A stretch of 63,524 bases of DNA, filler included, from Chiloscyllium plagiosum (GCF_004010195.1; 4 parts of one record of this genome joined end to end with filler, not necessarily neighbours in it), one strand, 5' to 3'. Positions 26,126 through 38,762 are shown, numbered from the whole stretch's first letter. Numbers and translations: made by a program. Notes: generated by a model not told the origin, from the sequence alone.

Positions 26126-26879
26126 TTTGAAAGTGCCGGTGTTGGACTGGGGTGGACAAAGTTAAAAATCACACAACACCAGGTTATAGTCCAACAGACT
26201 TATTTCAAAACATTAGCTTTTGAAGCGCCGGTCCCTCATCAGGTGATTGTGGAGGTTAAGATCATGCTCACTGAATTTATAGCCAAAGGAGTCCAGTGTC
26301 ATGGACATGTGACATAGTAATCAATCTTAGATTAAATCTTTCATCCTTTATAATGGGATATGCTAGTTTCTGTTCTTTGATATGTAAATCTCAGAATTTC
26401 TTTTAAATTACACTCTCAAGGTAACTCAGCTCTTTAAACAATAGGTATGAAGTCTGTCTGTGCCCCAATGCTGTGTCAGACTGACAAACCCTCTGTCTCG
26501 TTTTACAGACTTTCACATGGATTCACACAGCAAAATAAATTGTAATTCTGCAAAAACATGCAATGACATTGGGACACAGACAGACTTCACACCTACTGTT
26601 TAAAAAACTGAGCTATCAAGAGAATGTAATTAGGGGGAAGTTCTGGGATTTACATGTCAAAGAACAGAAACCAGCATATTCCATTCTAAAAGATGAAAGT
26701 TTTAATCGAAGATTGTTTACTGCATCACATCTCCATGATATTATACTCCTTTGGTCACAAATTCTGTGTCCTATGATCTTATTCTCCACAACCATCTGAT
26801 GAAGGAGTGGCACTCCGAAAGCTAGTGCTTCCAAATAAACCTATTGGACTGTAACCTGGTGTTCTGAGATTTTTAACTT
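26126..26879. mobile_element. Long PLE-derived inverted-repeat insertion, family C, inside a SINE
   Basis: Arms ~26158-26472 and ~26567-26880; hammerhead core at 26796-26824 (+); TSD TGGCCAGTCAGA at 26114-26125 and 26880-26891. Confidence 0.85.
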
Positions 26880-27044
26880 TGGCCAGTCAGAGATATCCAT
26901 GTCCCATGAGTGAATTAAAAAAAAAGTGATATGCTTGAATTATTACTGCCACTATCATGCAACTAATTCTTTTAATGCAGCTATTTTAACTGACCTAATG
27001 GCTATTATCTGAATCTGATTTTAATTCTAAAGTTGAACTTGGAA

Positions 27045-27630
27045 ATTGCTATTGAGGGAGTCCAGCGAAGGTTCACCAGACTGATTCCTGGGACAGCAGG
27101 ATTGACATATGAGGAAAGATTGGATTGATTGGGCTCATACTCGCTGGAATTTAGAAGAACGAGGGGGGATCTCATAGAAACATATGAAACCCTGATGGGA
27201 CAGGACAGAGCAGATGGGGGGAGAATGTTCCCAATGTTGGGGAAGTCCAGAGCTAGGAGCCATCATCTAAGAGTGGGTCTGGGTGGGTTGCTCTTCGGAG
27301 GATCGATGTGAACTGGTTGGGCCGAAGGGCCTGTTTCCACACTGTAGGGAATCTAATCTAAAATAAGGGGTAAGCCATTCAGGACTGAGATGAGGATGAA
27401 TTTCTTCACTCAGAGAGTTGTGAACCCGTGGAATTCTGTCCCACAAGAAGCTGTTGGAGCCATTTTGTTGGATATATTCAAGAGGGAGCTGGACGTGACC
27501 CTTGGGATCAAGGGGTATGGAGAGAAAGCGGGAATGAGATTCCATGATCAGCCATGATCATATTGAATGGCGGTGCAGGCTCGAAGGGCGGAATGGCCTA
27601 CTCCTGCACCTATTTTCTATGCTTCCATGA
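27045..27630 (+). mobile_element. CR1 3' fragment with a nested HE1 3' piece (~27270-27361)
   Basis: LEFRR.RGDLIETY motif; HE1 tail with AATCTAATCT. Confidence 0.85.
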
Positions 27631-28169
27631 AAAGACTTACCAATTGAATTCCCACTTTGAGCTAAGTTCCCAGAAATACTCACCTGGCCTTTGACTCACA
27701 AAGTCTTCACTCAGACTGACTATGTGTCCTTGCTGAGCTTGAACCAGATGGAGTTGAGATGATGAGTAATTGTGATGGTATGTGAATGGAGGACAAATAT
27801 AGAACAGTGAAATCGGCACAGCTGGTTGGGGCTATGAGTAAATTTTCTCTGTTGGGGAAATCCAACGTTGTTCTTGGAATTGTTACTGTATATTCATTGG
27901 CACCAGGACAATGGACTAACCAGCTTCTTCCTCTGCCAACATTTCAATGCATTTTCCTGCCTTTGACGTTTGAAGTCTTTGGCTGTTCCAAATTTTCCTT
28001 GCCATTCTCCTGATGTCAGTGGCTCGGCCACAGCTGGACTATTCTATCCAACTCTGGTCACCACACGTCAAGAAGTAAATTACAATCCTCATGACGACAG
28101 AGAAGAGGTTCACTGGAATGGGTTTTCTGGATTACGGATCTCAGCTACGAAGGCTTAACTGGAGGAGGT

Positions 28170-28860
28170 GGAACTCACAAGAGACTTTGTAGAAGTGGAG
28201 GTGATTATGACATGGTGGGGCTGAATAGAGAGAGATAAGTTGTTCCCACCAGGAAGCAAGGAGGAGGACATGTTCCTATCTACATCAATGGAGCTAAGGT
28301 GAAGATGGTTGACAGCGCCGAGTTCCTGGGAGTGACAATCACCAACAATCTGTCCTGGACTTCCCATGATGAAGCGACGGTCAGGAAGGAACCAACAATA
28401 CCTCTTCTTCCTCAGTATGCTAAGCAAATTCAGCATGTCCAGAAGGACCCTCACCAACTTTTAGATGCATCACAGAAAGCATTCTATCTGGATACATCAC
28501 AGCTTGGTGCGGCAACTGCTCTGCCCAGGACTGTAAGAAACTACAGGGAGTTTAAGATCTAATGTTGATCTTGCTTTTTGTAATAATTTGGAGATGCCGG
28601 TGTTGGACTAGGGTGTACAAAGTTAAAAATCACACAACACCAAGTTATAGTCCAAATAAACCTGTTGGGCTATAACCTGGTGCTGTGTGGTTTTTATAAC
28701 TTTGCTTTTTGTACACTTTCTTTGCAGATGTAACTTTGTATTCCTTGCTTTATTCAATCACTCTCTGGTCTCTCTGTCCTTGTTTGGTCTGACCTGCCTG
28801 TACTGCTCACAAAACAAAACTTTCACTGCACTTAGGTGCATGTGACAACAATAAATCAAG
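28170..28860 (+). mobile_element. Rex1/Babar-like LINE 3' fragment, with a family C PLE insertion at 28583-28701
   Basis: VDSAEFLGVTITNNLSWTSH...TVRK is an RT C-terminal motif of this clade as recalled. The nested inverted piece has TSD TTGCTTTTTGTA at 28571-28582 and 28702-28713. Confidence 0.65.
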
Positions 28861-29009
28861 TCACTAGATGATGACACAAGGATTGAGGGACACAGTCATA
28901 ATGTTTTGGATAAAGAATTCAGGGGACAAACGAGAAATAACTTTCCCATACAATGAATGATAATGAGTTTAGAAGGGACTGTCAAAAGATCTTTGGTCAA
29001 TTTCTTCAA

Positions 29010-29420
29010 TACACTCTGGTACTGAATGTCGGTGGGAGAGGGAGGGGATGTTTGTGGATGTGGTGCCAATCAAGCGGCTGCTTTGTCCTGGATGGTGTCA
29101 AGCTTCTTGAGTGTTGTTGGAGCTGCCCCCATCCAGGCCAGTGGGGAGTATTCCATCAGACTCCTGACTTGTGCCTTGCAGGTGATGGACAGGAACTGAG
29201 GATTCTGGAATTGAGCTACATGCTGCAGTATTCCTAGTCTCTGATCTGCTCTTGTAGCTGCTGTGTTTATGCGGTGGGTCCAATTGAGTTTCTGGTCAAT
29301 GGTATACCCCAGGATATTGAGAGTGGGGAATTCAGTGATGGAAACACCATTGAATATCAAGGGGTAGAGGTTAAATCATCTCTTATAGGGGATGGCCATT
29401 GCCTGGCATTTGTGTGAATA
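29010..29420 (-). mobile_element. Second CR1-group LINE family, RT C-terminal fragment; related pieces at ~31900-32680 and ~51560-51960
   Basis: NILGYTIDQKLNW..IN..A.RA.QRLGIL..KAQVRSLMEYSPLAW; LSDTQFGFRQGHS..DL in ORF 32313-32519. Confidence 0.75.
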
Positions 29421-29424
29421 TAAG

Positions 29425-31880
29425 AGCATAATAACTACTAGCAGGAGTAGGTCATCTGGCCCTTCTAACCGGCTCCACCATTCAATAAGACCATGGCTGA
29501 TCTTTTCGTTGACTCAGCTCCACTTACCGTAACCCTTAATTCCTTTATTGTTCAAAAATCTATCTATCTTTACCTTAAAAACATTCAGCAAGGTAGCCTC
29601 ACTGGGCGGGGAATTCCACAGATTCACAACCCTTTGGCTGAAGAGGTTCCTCCTCAACTCCGTCCTAAACCTGCTCCCCCTTATTTTTGAGGCTGTGACC
29701 CCCAGTTCTGGTTTCACCCTCCAGTGAAAACAACCTCCCTGATTCTATCTTATCTGTTTTCTTCATAATTTTATATGTTTCTATAAGACCCCCCTCATTC
29801 TTCTAAATTCCAATGAGGAGAGTCCCAGTCTACTCAATATCTCCACACATGGCAACCCTTTCCACTCTGGAATCAACTAAGTGAACCTCCTCTGCACTCC
29901 TTCTAGTGCCAGTACATCCTTTCTCAAGTAAAGAGACTCAGACTGTACACAGTACTCCAGGTGTGGCCTCACCAGCACTCTGGATGTAGACAGAAATTGC
30001 TGGAAAAGCTCAGCAAGTCTGGCAGAATCTGTGGAGAGAAATCAGAGTTCATGTTTTGGGTCCAGTGACCCTTCTACAGAACTGAGTATGTGTGGAGTTG
30101 CAAGGTGTTGCATATTATGTGAACATGGATGAACATCCCCACTTCTGGAGGAGAAAGTGAGGTCTGCAGATGCTGGAGATCAGAGATGGAAATGTGTTGC
30201 TGGAAAAGCGCAGCAGGTCAGGCAGCATCTAGGGAACAGGAGAATCGACGTTTCGGGCATTAGCCCTTCTTCAGGAATCCTGGAGTACTGTGTACAGTCT
30301 GAGTCTCTTTACTTGAAAAAGGATGTACTGGCACTAGAAGGAGTGCAGAGGAGGTTCACTTGGTTGATTCCAGAGTGGAAAGGGTTGCCATGTGTGGAGA
30401 TATTGAGTAGACTGGGACTCTCCTCATTGGAATTTAGAAGAATGAGGGGGGGTCTTATAGAAACATATAAAATTATGAAGAAAACAGATAAGATAGAATC
30501 CTTCTTCAGGACTCCTGAAGAAGGGCTAATGCCCGAAACGTCGATTCTCCTGTTCCCTAGATGCTGCCTGACCTGCTGCGCTTTTCCAGCAACACATTTC
30601 CATCCCCACTTCTGACCTTACGATGGAGGGAAGGTAATTGATGAAGCAGCTGAGGATGGTTGAGCTAGGACACAACCCTAGGGAATTCCTCCGGAATATC
30701 CTGGAGCTGCAACATAAACTTCCTTGCTTTTAAATTCCATCCCTCTAGCAATGAAGGACAATATTCCATTTGCTTTCTTAATTACTCTCCTGCACCTGCA
30801 GACCAACTTTCTGTGATTCACACGCAAGGACACACAGGTCCCTTTGCACAGCAGCACACTGCAATGTTTCACCATTTGTTATGCTGCTATTCTTACCAAA
30901 ACGGATGACCTCACATTTACCAGCATTGTACTCCATCTGCCAGACCCTTGCCCACTCCCTTAAACAATCTGTACCCCTCTGCAAACTTTCAGTGTCCTCT
31001 GCATACTTTGCTCTCCCACTCATTGTGGTGTTATCTGCGAGCTTTGACACAGCATCTTTGGTCCCCAACTCTAAATCATCAAGATAAATTGTGAACAATT
31101 GCGGTCCCAACACTGAGCCCTGAAGCACACTGTTCGTCAACCAGAAAAACATCCATTTATCTCCACTCTTTGCTTCCTGTTAGTTAACCAATCCTCTGTC
31201 CATGTTAAAACATTCCCTGTAATGCTGTGCATCTTTATCTTATGCAGCAACCTTTTGTGCAGACCTTGTTGAAGGCCTTTTGGAAATCTAGATACATCAC
31301 ATCTACTGGGTTCCTATTGTCCACTGTGCTCGCAATGTCCTCAAAGAATTCCAGCAAATTAGTTAAACGTGACCTGCCGTTCATGAACCCATGCTGTGTC
31401 TGCCCAACGGAACAATTTCTACCCAGATGTCTGGCTACTTTTTCATTAATTATAGAGTCAAGCATTTCCCCCATACAGAAGTTAAGCTGACGGGTGAATA
31501 GTTACCTGCCTTTTGTCTACCTCCTGAGTTAAACAGTGGCGTCACATTTGCTGTTTTCCAATCTGTTGGAACCACCCCAGAGTCCAGCAAATTTAGGTAA
31601 ATGCTATTTCCCTTGCCATCTCTTTTAGTACCCTGGGATGCATTCCCTCAGGGTTTGGAGACTGGTCTACCTTTTTCCCATTAGCTTGCCCAGCATTTCC
31701 TCTTTAGTTATAATGATCATTTTGGGTCTTCACCAGTCATAGCCTCCTTGTTATCAATGACTTGCATGTTATTTGTGTCTTCCACTGTGAAGACCGACAC
31801 AAAATACCTGTTCAACGACTCGGCCATTTCCTCATTTCCCATTATTAAAACCTCCTTCTCATCTCCTAAAGGGCCAATGT
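29425..31880 (-). mobile_element. Long decayed CR1 ORF2 fragment interrupted by nested insertions (29988-30709)
   Basis: ORFs 31235-31474 (QHGF..GRSRLTNLLEFFE..VDVMYLDFQKAFNKV) and 30778-31152 (QGSVLGP.LFTIY.DDL, LADNT). Confidence 0.9.
30148..30600. mobile_element. PLE-derived inverted insertion, family A, containing a captured inverted copy of local DNA
   Basis: TSD CATCCCCACTTCTG at 30134-30147 and 30601-30614. Hammerhead cores at 30247-30274 (-) and 30515-30542 (+). Insert 30279-30500 is the reverse complement of 29741-29961. Confidence 0.9.
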
Positions 31881-32894
31881 TTATCTTAACATGAATGTTA
31901 GTTGACCCTTTTCAGCCCAAGCCTGGATATTGTCTGAATCTTGTTGTATTTGAACATGGACTGCTTCAGTATCTGAGAACAAAGACAGAAATTGCTGGAA
32001 AAGCTCAGCAGGTCTGGCAGAATCTGTGAAGAGAAATCAAAGTTAATGTTTTGGATCCAGTGACCCTCCGGCAAAGCTGAGTGTCCGAGGAGTTGCAAAT
32101 GGTTTTGAATATTGTGCAATCATGGACAAACATCCCCACTCCTGACCTTATGAGGGAGGGAGGTCATTGATGAAGCAGCTGAAGAACGTGGGGCCTCGGA
32201 CACTACCCTGAGGAACTCCTGAAGAGACATCCTGGAGCTGAGACGACTGACCTCTAACAATCACAACAATCTTCCTATGTGTCAGGTATGACTCCAATGG
32301 CTCATCTTGATTTCAGTTTTGATCAGTTGCTTTGATGCCACACTCGGTTGAATGCAGCCTTGGTGTCAAGTCTGTCACTCTCCCCTCCACTCTGGAATTT
32401 TGCTCTTTTGTCCGTGTTTGAACCAAGGCTGTAATGAGGTCAGGAACTGAATGGCCCTGGCGGAACCCAAACTGGGTGTCGCTGAGCAAGTTATTGCTGC
32501 TGCTGATGACACCTTCCATCTCTTTACTGCGCCAGGTATGACTCTAACCAACAGAGAGTTTGCCTGTGATACCCGTTTTGCCAGGGCACCTTGATGCCAC
32601 ACTGAGTTGAATGCAGCCTTGATGTCAAGGGCTGTAACTCACCTCTGGAATTCAGCTCTTTTGTCCATAATTGGACCTCGTTTTAAAAAAAAGATTCACA
32701 GGTTTGGCCTGACCAGCATTTACTGCTCCTTGTTGCCCAGAGGGATGCTGATAGCTAATCAGATTGCTGTGGGTCTGGAGTCACACGTAGGCTCAGCAAG
32801 GAAAGCATTTTCCTTTCGTAAAGAACATTGACAAATTAAATAGGTTTCTCCCCAGCAATAGTTCAGTTGTAATTTTATTTCCGTGTCAAAAAGT

Positions 32895-33430
32895 CATGGA
32901 GTCATAGAGATGTACAGCAGGGAAACAGACCCTTCAGTCCAACTCGTCCATGCCAACCCAGATATTCCAACTTAATCTACTCCCACCTGTGAACATCTGG
33001 ACCCATATCCCTCTAAACCCTTCCTATTCATATACCCATCCAGATACCTTTTAAATGTTGCAATTGTACCAGCCTCCACCACTTTCTCTGGCAGCTCATT
33101 CCATACACATACCACCCTCTGCATGAAAAGGTTGCCCCTTAGGTCTCTTTTATATCTTTCCCCTCTTACCCTAAACCTATGCCCTCTAGTTCTGGACTCC
33201 CCCACCTCAGGGAAAATACCTTATCTATTTATCCTATCCATGCCCCTCATAATTTTGTAAACCTCTATAAGGTCACCCCTCAGCCTCTGACGCTCCAGGG
33301 AAAACAGCCCCAACCTGTTCAGCCTCTCCCTATAGCTCAAACCCTCCAACCCTGGCAACATCCTTGTAAATCTTTTCTGAACCCTTTCAAGTTTCACAAC
33401 ATCCTTCCAAGAGGAAGGAGACCAAAATTG
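32895..33430 (-). mobile_element. CR1 (HER1-like) 3' fragment
   Basis: ESRTRGHRF.VRGERYKRDLRGN.F.QRVV.VWNELP. Confidence 0.9.
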
Positions 33431-35474
33431 CTGTCTCCATGCTTCACTGTCCGTAAAAAACCCTTAACAGATCTGGTGATGGCAGAAGGTGTTATATAAA
33501 TTCAAGCGTACCCTCAACATTTATTTAAGGTTCCCAATCCTCCACGATTGCTTGGGTGAACTCAGATGTTCGGGAACGAGTCACGAAGCAGATAATATCA
33601 TGAGGTTATAAGAATAAGAATACCATGTGTACATCTTCCTTATCTTTAAAACTTTTTAAACCGATATAAAACAAATGGGAGGTGAGGGCGAGGGTGTGGT
33701 GTAAGTGCGGGCTGTTTTAATTTGGTGGGGAAGGGAGGGTGTTGAACACATGTGACACATCCTCCAGGAATACATCCAAGAGCAGTTGGCAAACCTACAG
33801 GGGTGTGGAATAATTATTTTTAAGCACTAAGAAATTACATGTTGCTCAAATCAATCTGAAACTGCTGCTTGCTCGCAAGGAGGAGTTGACTTGCCTAGCC
33901 CAGCGATTGGCAGTGGCATCCAAGGACTTAACGAGAGTGCTTTGTAGAGACTCTAACATACTGCTGCGTTGTAAACCCTGCAGCAGGGGCCATCTGTGTT
34001 GAGTAACCGCAATGCTCTTTGAAGTCACTTTTTTTTTGGAGCCAGCTGAATCTGGGAACCTGCTGCTTCTCTCCCGTTTTTTCCCATGGTCCAGCCCTCC
34101 AATTGGGAAAAATTTCACTTCAATCCAAATTCTCTTCCACAACCACACAGATTAAATAAGTAGAGGGTAGTACAGCAAGGCATGCAATGAGTGCGAGGCT
34201 TCTACACCCAGAGAGTGGATAGGAGTCTCACCATCACAGGGAGTGTTCAAGACAAGTAGCCTGGATACATTCTATTTTTTTATTTACTCTAGGGGTGTGG
34301 ACTTTGCCCGCTAGGCTGGTATTTATTGCCCAGTAGAAGATGGTGGTGAGCTGCCTTCTTACATCGCTGCTGTCCATTGAGTGTCGGTGGACCACAACCC
34401 TGCTTGAAGGAGTTTCAGGATTTGGACCCAGTGACCCCGAAGGAACGGCGATATATTTCCAAGACAGGAATATGAGTTTGAGAGGAGGACGAGGAGGAGG
34501 AGGTGGCAAAATCGTTATGTCATTGGCCTGGTAATCCAGCAGGTGGGTTCGAATCCTACCAGGGTCAAAAACGAGGATTGGATTCAATTAACAAAATTGG
34601 TGACTGTGTAGCCATTGTTGTAAAAGCCTATTTAGTTCACTAATGCCCTTTAAGGAATGAAATCTGTCATACTTAACAGATCTGGCCGACATTGACTCCA
34701 GACTCACAGCAATGTGGTCGACTCTTAACCACCCTCTGCCAATAAGGGATGGGTAATAAATGCTTGCCTAGTTTGTGATTGGCTCTTAACTTCCCTCTGG
34801 GCATGAATGCTTAGGCAGTAATGACACATCCCATTAACAAATAAAAGTTTCATTCCCTGCAGGATTTCAGTGAACCAGATGACTTTCACATCAAGTAATG
34901 AATTTGCGAGACCCCAGACTGTTAATGAGGTCAGATTTTAACATATTGATCACATGACATAGCAGCAGAAGTAGGCCATTGGCCCACAGAGTCTCCTCTG
35001 CCATTCAATAGGATAATGGGTAATCTTTTATTCCTCAATTCCACTTTCCTGCCTTTTCTCCTTAAACCTTGATTCCCTCACTGATTTCAAATCTGTCTAT
35101 CTCAGCTTGGAGTATACATCATGACCCAGCCTCGGCAGCCCTCTGTGGTAAAGAATTCCACAGATCCACTGCCTTCTAAGAGAAGAAATGTCTCCCCATC
35201 TCTGTCTTAAGCCTCTTATTCTGAGAGTCTGCCCTCTGGTCCTCGGCCCACCCAAACGGAGCAGCAACCTCTCCACATCAACCCTGACAAGTTCCCTAAG
35301 CATCTTGTATGTTACAATAAGGTCACCTCTCATTCTTCTATACTCCAATGAGTACAGGAACAACCTACTCAACTTCTCCTCATAAAACATCCCTGGGATC
35401 AGCACAGCGAACTTTCACTGTTCTGAGGAAATTAACTTGACTGGAAATGTTAACTCTGATTTCTCTCCACAGAT

Positions 35475-35855
35475 GTGGTGACACGGTGGCTCAGTGGTTA
35501 AACACTGCTGCCTCACGGCACCAGGGACCTGGGTTTGATGCCAGCCTCGGGCAACTGTCCGTGTGGAGTTTGCATGTCTCCCCTTGTCTGTGTGGGTGTG
35601 CTCCGGTTTCCTCCCACAACTCAAATGTATGCAGGTTCGGTGAATTGGCCATGCCGAATTGCCCAGAATCTGTGGAATTCTTTACTGTTGAGACTGAGTC
35701 ATTAAGTGTATTCCCTGAGCATAGTGTTCAGGGATGTGTAGATTAGGTGCATTAGTAAATGTAGAGTAATAGGGTAGGGGGATGGGTTAATCTTCAAAGG
35801 GTCAGTGTGGACCTGTTGGGCCAAATGGCCTGTTTCCATATTGTAGGAATTCCAT
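35475..35855 (+). mobile_element. HE1-type SINE nested in a family D PLE piece
   Basis: tRNA head ACACGGTGGCTCAGTGG; the family D sequence breaks at CTCCACAGATG (~35475) and resumes at ATGCTGCCAGACC (~35878). Confidence 0.8.
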
Positions 35856-36086
35856 GAAATGTGCATTTTTCTATGAAATGCTGCCAGACCTACTGAGCTT
35901 TTTCAGCAATTTCTGTTTCTCTGTGGACTGCCTTGACTGCCTGTTCCCAATATTCCAGCTGTGATCTGATCAGTGCTTTAATCTTTCATTCTAGACAGTT
36001 CCCCGGGAAAATGACCTGTCAAAATCCACCCTTTGAAGTGTCTTCAGAACTTTGTATACCCTCAATGGGAACACCTTGAATCATCT

Positions 36087-36945
36087 AGGAGAAAGTGAGG
36101 ACTGCAGATGCTGGAGATTAGAGTCGAGAGTGTGGTGCTGGAAAAGCACAGCAGGTCAGGCAGAATCCGAGGAGCAGGAGAATCAACATTTCGAGCAAGA
36201 GTGCTTCATCAGGAATGAGGCTTGTGGGCCGAGGGGCTGAGAGTTAAATGGGAGGGGACTGGGGAGGAGAAAAGATAGCTGAGAGAGCGATCGGTAGATG
36301 AAGATGGGGGGTGATGGTGATAGGTCGGAGAGGAGGGTAGTGGATAGGTGGAAAGGAAGATGGACAGGTAGACAGTTCAAGAGGGCAGTGCTGAGTTGGA
36401 GGGTTGGTTCTGGGATAAGGTGGGAAGAGGGGAAATGAGGAAACTGGTGAAATCAACATTGATCCCATGTGGTTGGAGGGTCCCAAGGTGGAAGATGAGA
36501 CGTTCTTCCTCCACGTGTCGGGTAGTTAGGGTTTGGCGATGGAAGAGGCCCAGAACCTGCATGCCCTTGGTGGAGTGGGAGGTGGAGTTAAAGTGTTCAG
36601 CTACGGGGCGGTGGGGTTGGTTGGTGCGGGTGTCCCGCAGATGTTCTCTGAAGTGCTCTGCCAAGTAAGCGTCCTGTCTCCCCAATGTAGAGGAGACCAC
36701 CTCGGGTGCAATGGATAAAGTAAATGACATGTGTGGAAGTGCAGTGAAACTTTGATGGATGTGGAAGGCTCATTGGGGCCTTGGACAGAGGTGAGGGGGG
36801 AGGTGGGGGCACAGGTTTTGCAATTCTTGCAGTAACAGAGGATGGTGCCGGGAGGGGTGGGTTGGGCTGGTGGCGGATGTGGACCTGACAAGAGAGATGC
36901 GGAGAGAATGGTCTTTATGGAATGCAAATAGGGCTGGGGATATAT
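36087..36945 (-). mobile_element. Penelope-like element (Neptune-type) 3' fragment: Cys-rich linker, GIY-YIG endonuclease (frameshifted) and family A pLTR
   Basis: PGTILCYCKNCKTC; FHCTSTHVIYFIHCTRGGLLYIGETGR; EHFREHL..PVAEHFN..EERLIFHLGTLQPHGIN. Contiguous with the family A pLTR and a degenerate hammerhead at ~36183-36215. Confidence 0.9.
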
Positions 36946-36979
36946 CTCATGCAGAATCGCGAAAAACTAGTACGCAGTT

Positions 36980-37205
36980 ACAAAAACAGAAATTGCTGGT
37001 GAAACTCAGCAGGTCTGGTGGCATTTGTGCAGAGAAAGCAGAGTTAACATTGCGAGTTCAGTGACTCTCTGTCAGTGTTCTCACCAGACTCAGAAACATT
37101 AACTCTGCTTTCTCTCCATGGCTGCTGTCAGACCTGCTGAGTTTCACCAGCAATTTCCGTTTGGTGCTTCCGATCTCCGGCAATCTCAGTTCCTTGTTTC
37201 ATTTT
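36980..37205. mobile_element. PLE-derived inverted insertion, family D (degenerate)
   Basis: GAAATTGCTGGTGAAACTCAGCAGGTCTG is the reverse complement of CAGACCTGCTGAGTTTCACCAGCAATTTC. Confidence 0.75.
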
Positions 37206-37555
37206 AGAGTGCAGGTACAGCAGGTAATAGGGAAAGCAAATTGAATTTTGTCAGCTATTGCTAAAAGAATAGAGTATAAAAGTAGAGAAGTGTTGCTGTA
37301 ACTGTGCAAGGCTTTTTTGAGACAGCACCTGAAGTATTGTGTACAATGTTGGTTCCCCCTTACTTGAGGAGGGATGTAGTTGAATTGGAGACAGTTCAGA
37401 GGAGGTTCACTCGATCGATTCCAGAGTTGGTAGGTTTGCCTTATAAAGAGGGATTGAGCACTTCAGGCCAATACTCTCCGGAGTTTTGAAAAATGAGAAG
37501 AGATGCAATCGAGATAAACTAAGAGATGCGAGGTTATGCTGTAGTTCTATAGAGC

Positions 37556-37727
37556 CCTGGTTGGACCCATCGCCAAACCCTAACCACCAACACCTGGAGG
37601 AAGAATGTCTCATCTTCCACCATGGGACCCTCCAACCACATGACATCAATGTCGATTTCACCAGTTTCCTCATTTCCCCTCCTTCCACCTTATCCTAGAT
37701 CCAACCCTCCAACTCAGCACTGCCCTC
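37556..37727 (+). mobile_element. Neptune-type PLE GIY-YIG C-terminal fragment
   Basis: HLEEECLIFHHGTLQPHDINVDFTSFLISP, homologous to 36380-36560. Confidence 0.85.
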
Positions 37728-38255
37728 TTGGAATATTGTGTTCAGTTCGGGTTGCTTCATTATAGGAAAGATATGGAAGCTTTAGAGAGGGTGCAGAGGA
37801 GGTTAACCCGGATGCTGCCTGGACTGGAGGGCGTGTCTTATGAAGAAAGGTTGAGGGAACTAGGGTTTTTTTCATTGGAGCGAAGACGGGCAAGAGGCGA
37901 CTTGATAAAGGTGTACAAGATGTTGAGAGGCACAGGTAGAATGAATAGTCAGAGACTTTTTCCCAGGGCAGAAATGGCTATCAGGAGGGGACATAATTTT
38001 AAGGTGACTAGAGGAAGATTTAGGGGAGATGTCAGAGGTAGGTTCTTTACACAGAGAGTGGTGGGTGTGTGGAATGCACTGTCAGCAGTGGGAGTAGAGT
38101 CAGATACATTAAGGACATTTAAGTGACTCTTGGATAAGCATGTGGATGATAGTAAAATGAAGAGTATGTAGCTTAGTTTGATCTTAGAGTAGGATAAAAG
38201 GTTGGCACAACATTGAGGGCCGAAGGACCTGTACTGTCCTGTTCTATGTTCTGTG
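37728..38255 (+). mobile_element. CR1 3' fragment nested in an older CR1 (37205-37555 and 38258-38600)
   Basis: ORF 37728-38126 is the CR1 C-terminus; tail GAGGGCCGAAGGACCTGTACTG..TTCTATGTTCT. Confidence 0.88.
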
Positions 38256-38762
38256 CTAAAGGGGATTGGCAAAGTAGATGTAGCGAGGATGTTTCTCCAT
38301 TTGAAGCAATCTAGAACATCAGGGTATAGTTTTAGAATAACAGGTAGTAGGTCTAAAACAGAGATGAGAAAACATTACTTCTGTCAAAGGTTGTGAACCA
38401 GTGGAATTCACTATCCCAGAGTGTGGTAGATGCTGGGTCATTGAGTAAATTTAAGGAGGAGCTGGACAGATTTTTAATTAATCATGGGTTGAAGGGTTAC
38501 AGAGAGTGGGCAAGGAAAGTGGAGTTGAAGTCGAGATGAGATCAGCCATGATAGTATTAAGGGCTGAATGGCCTATTCCTGCCCCCAGTTCCTATGTTAT
38601 GGCTAGATAAGTATCAAAGCCACATGAGCAGCAGTAGCCTGGAACCAGGAAGCATTCAGTAATAACCTTTGATTAGCTAGAGTCACTTAGGGTTCATGGT
38701 GTGCTGGGTCGCCCTGCATATTGAGCTTCCTCAGGTACGTTACTCATTATAAAAATAAATCT

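Noticed and set aside
30157..30615. 152-aa ORF
   Set aside because: Chimera of PLE arms and captured CR1 sequence; not a host protein.
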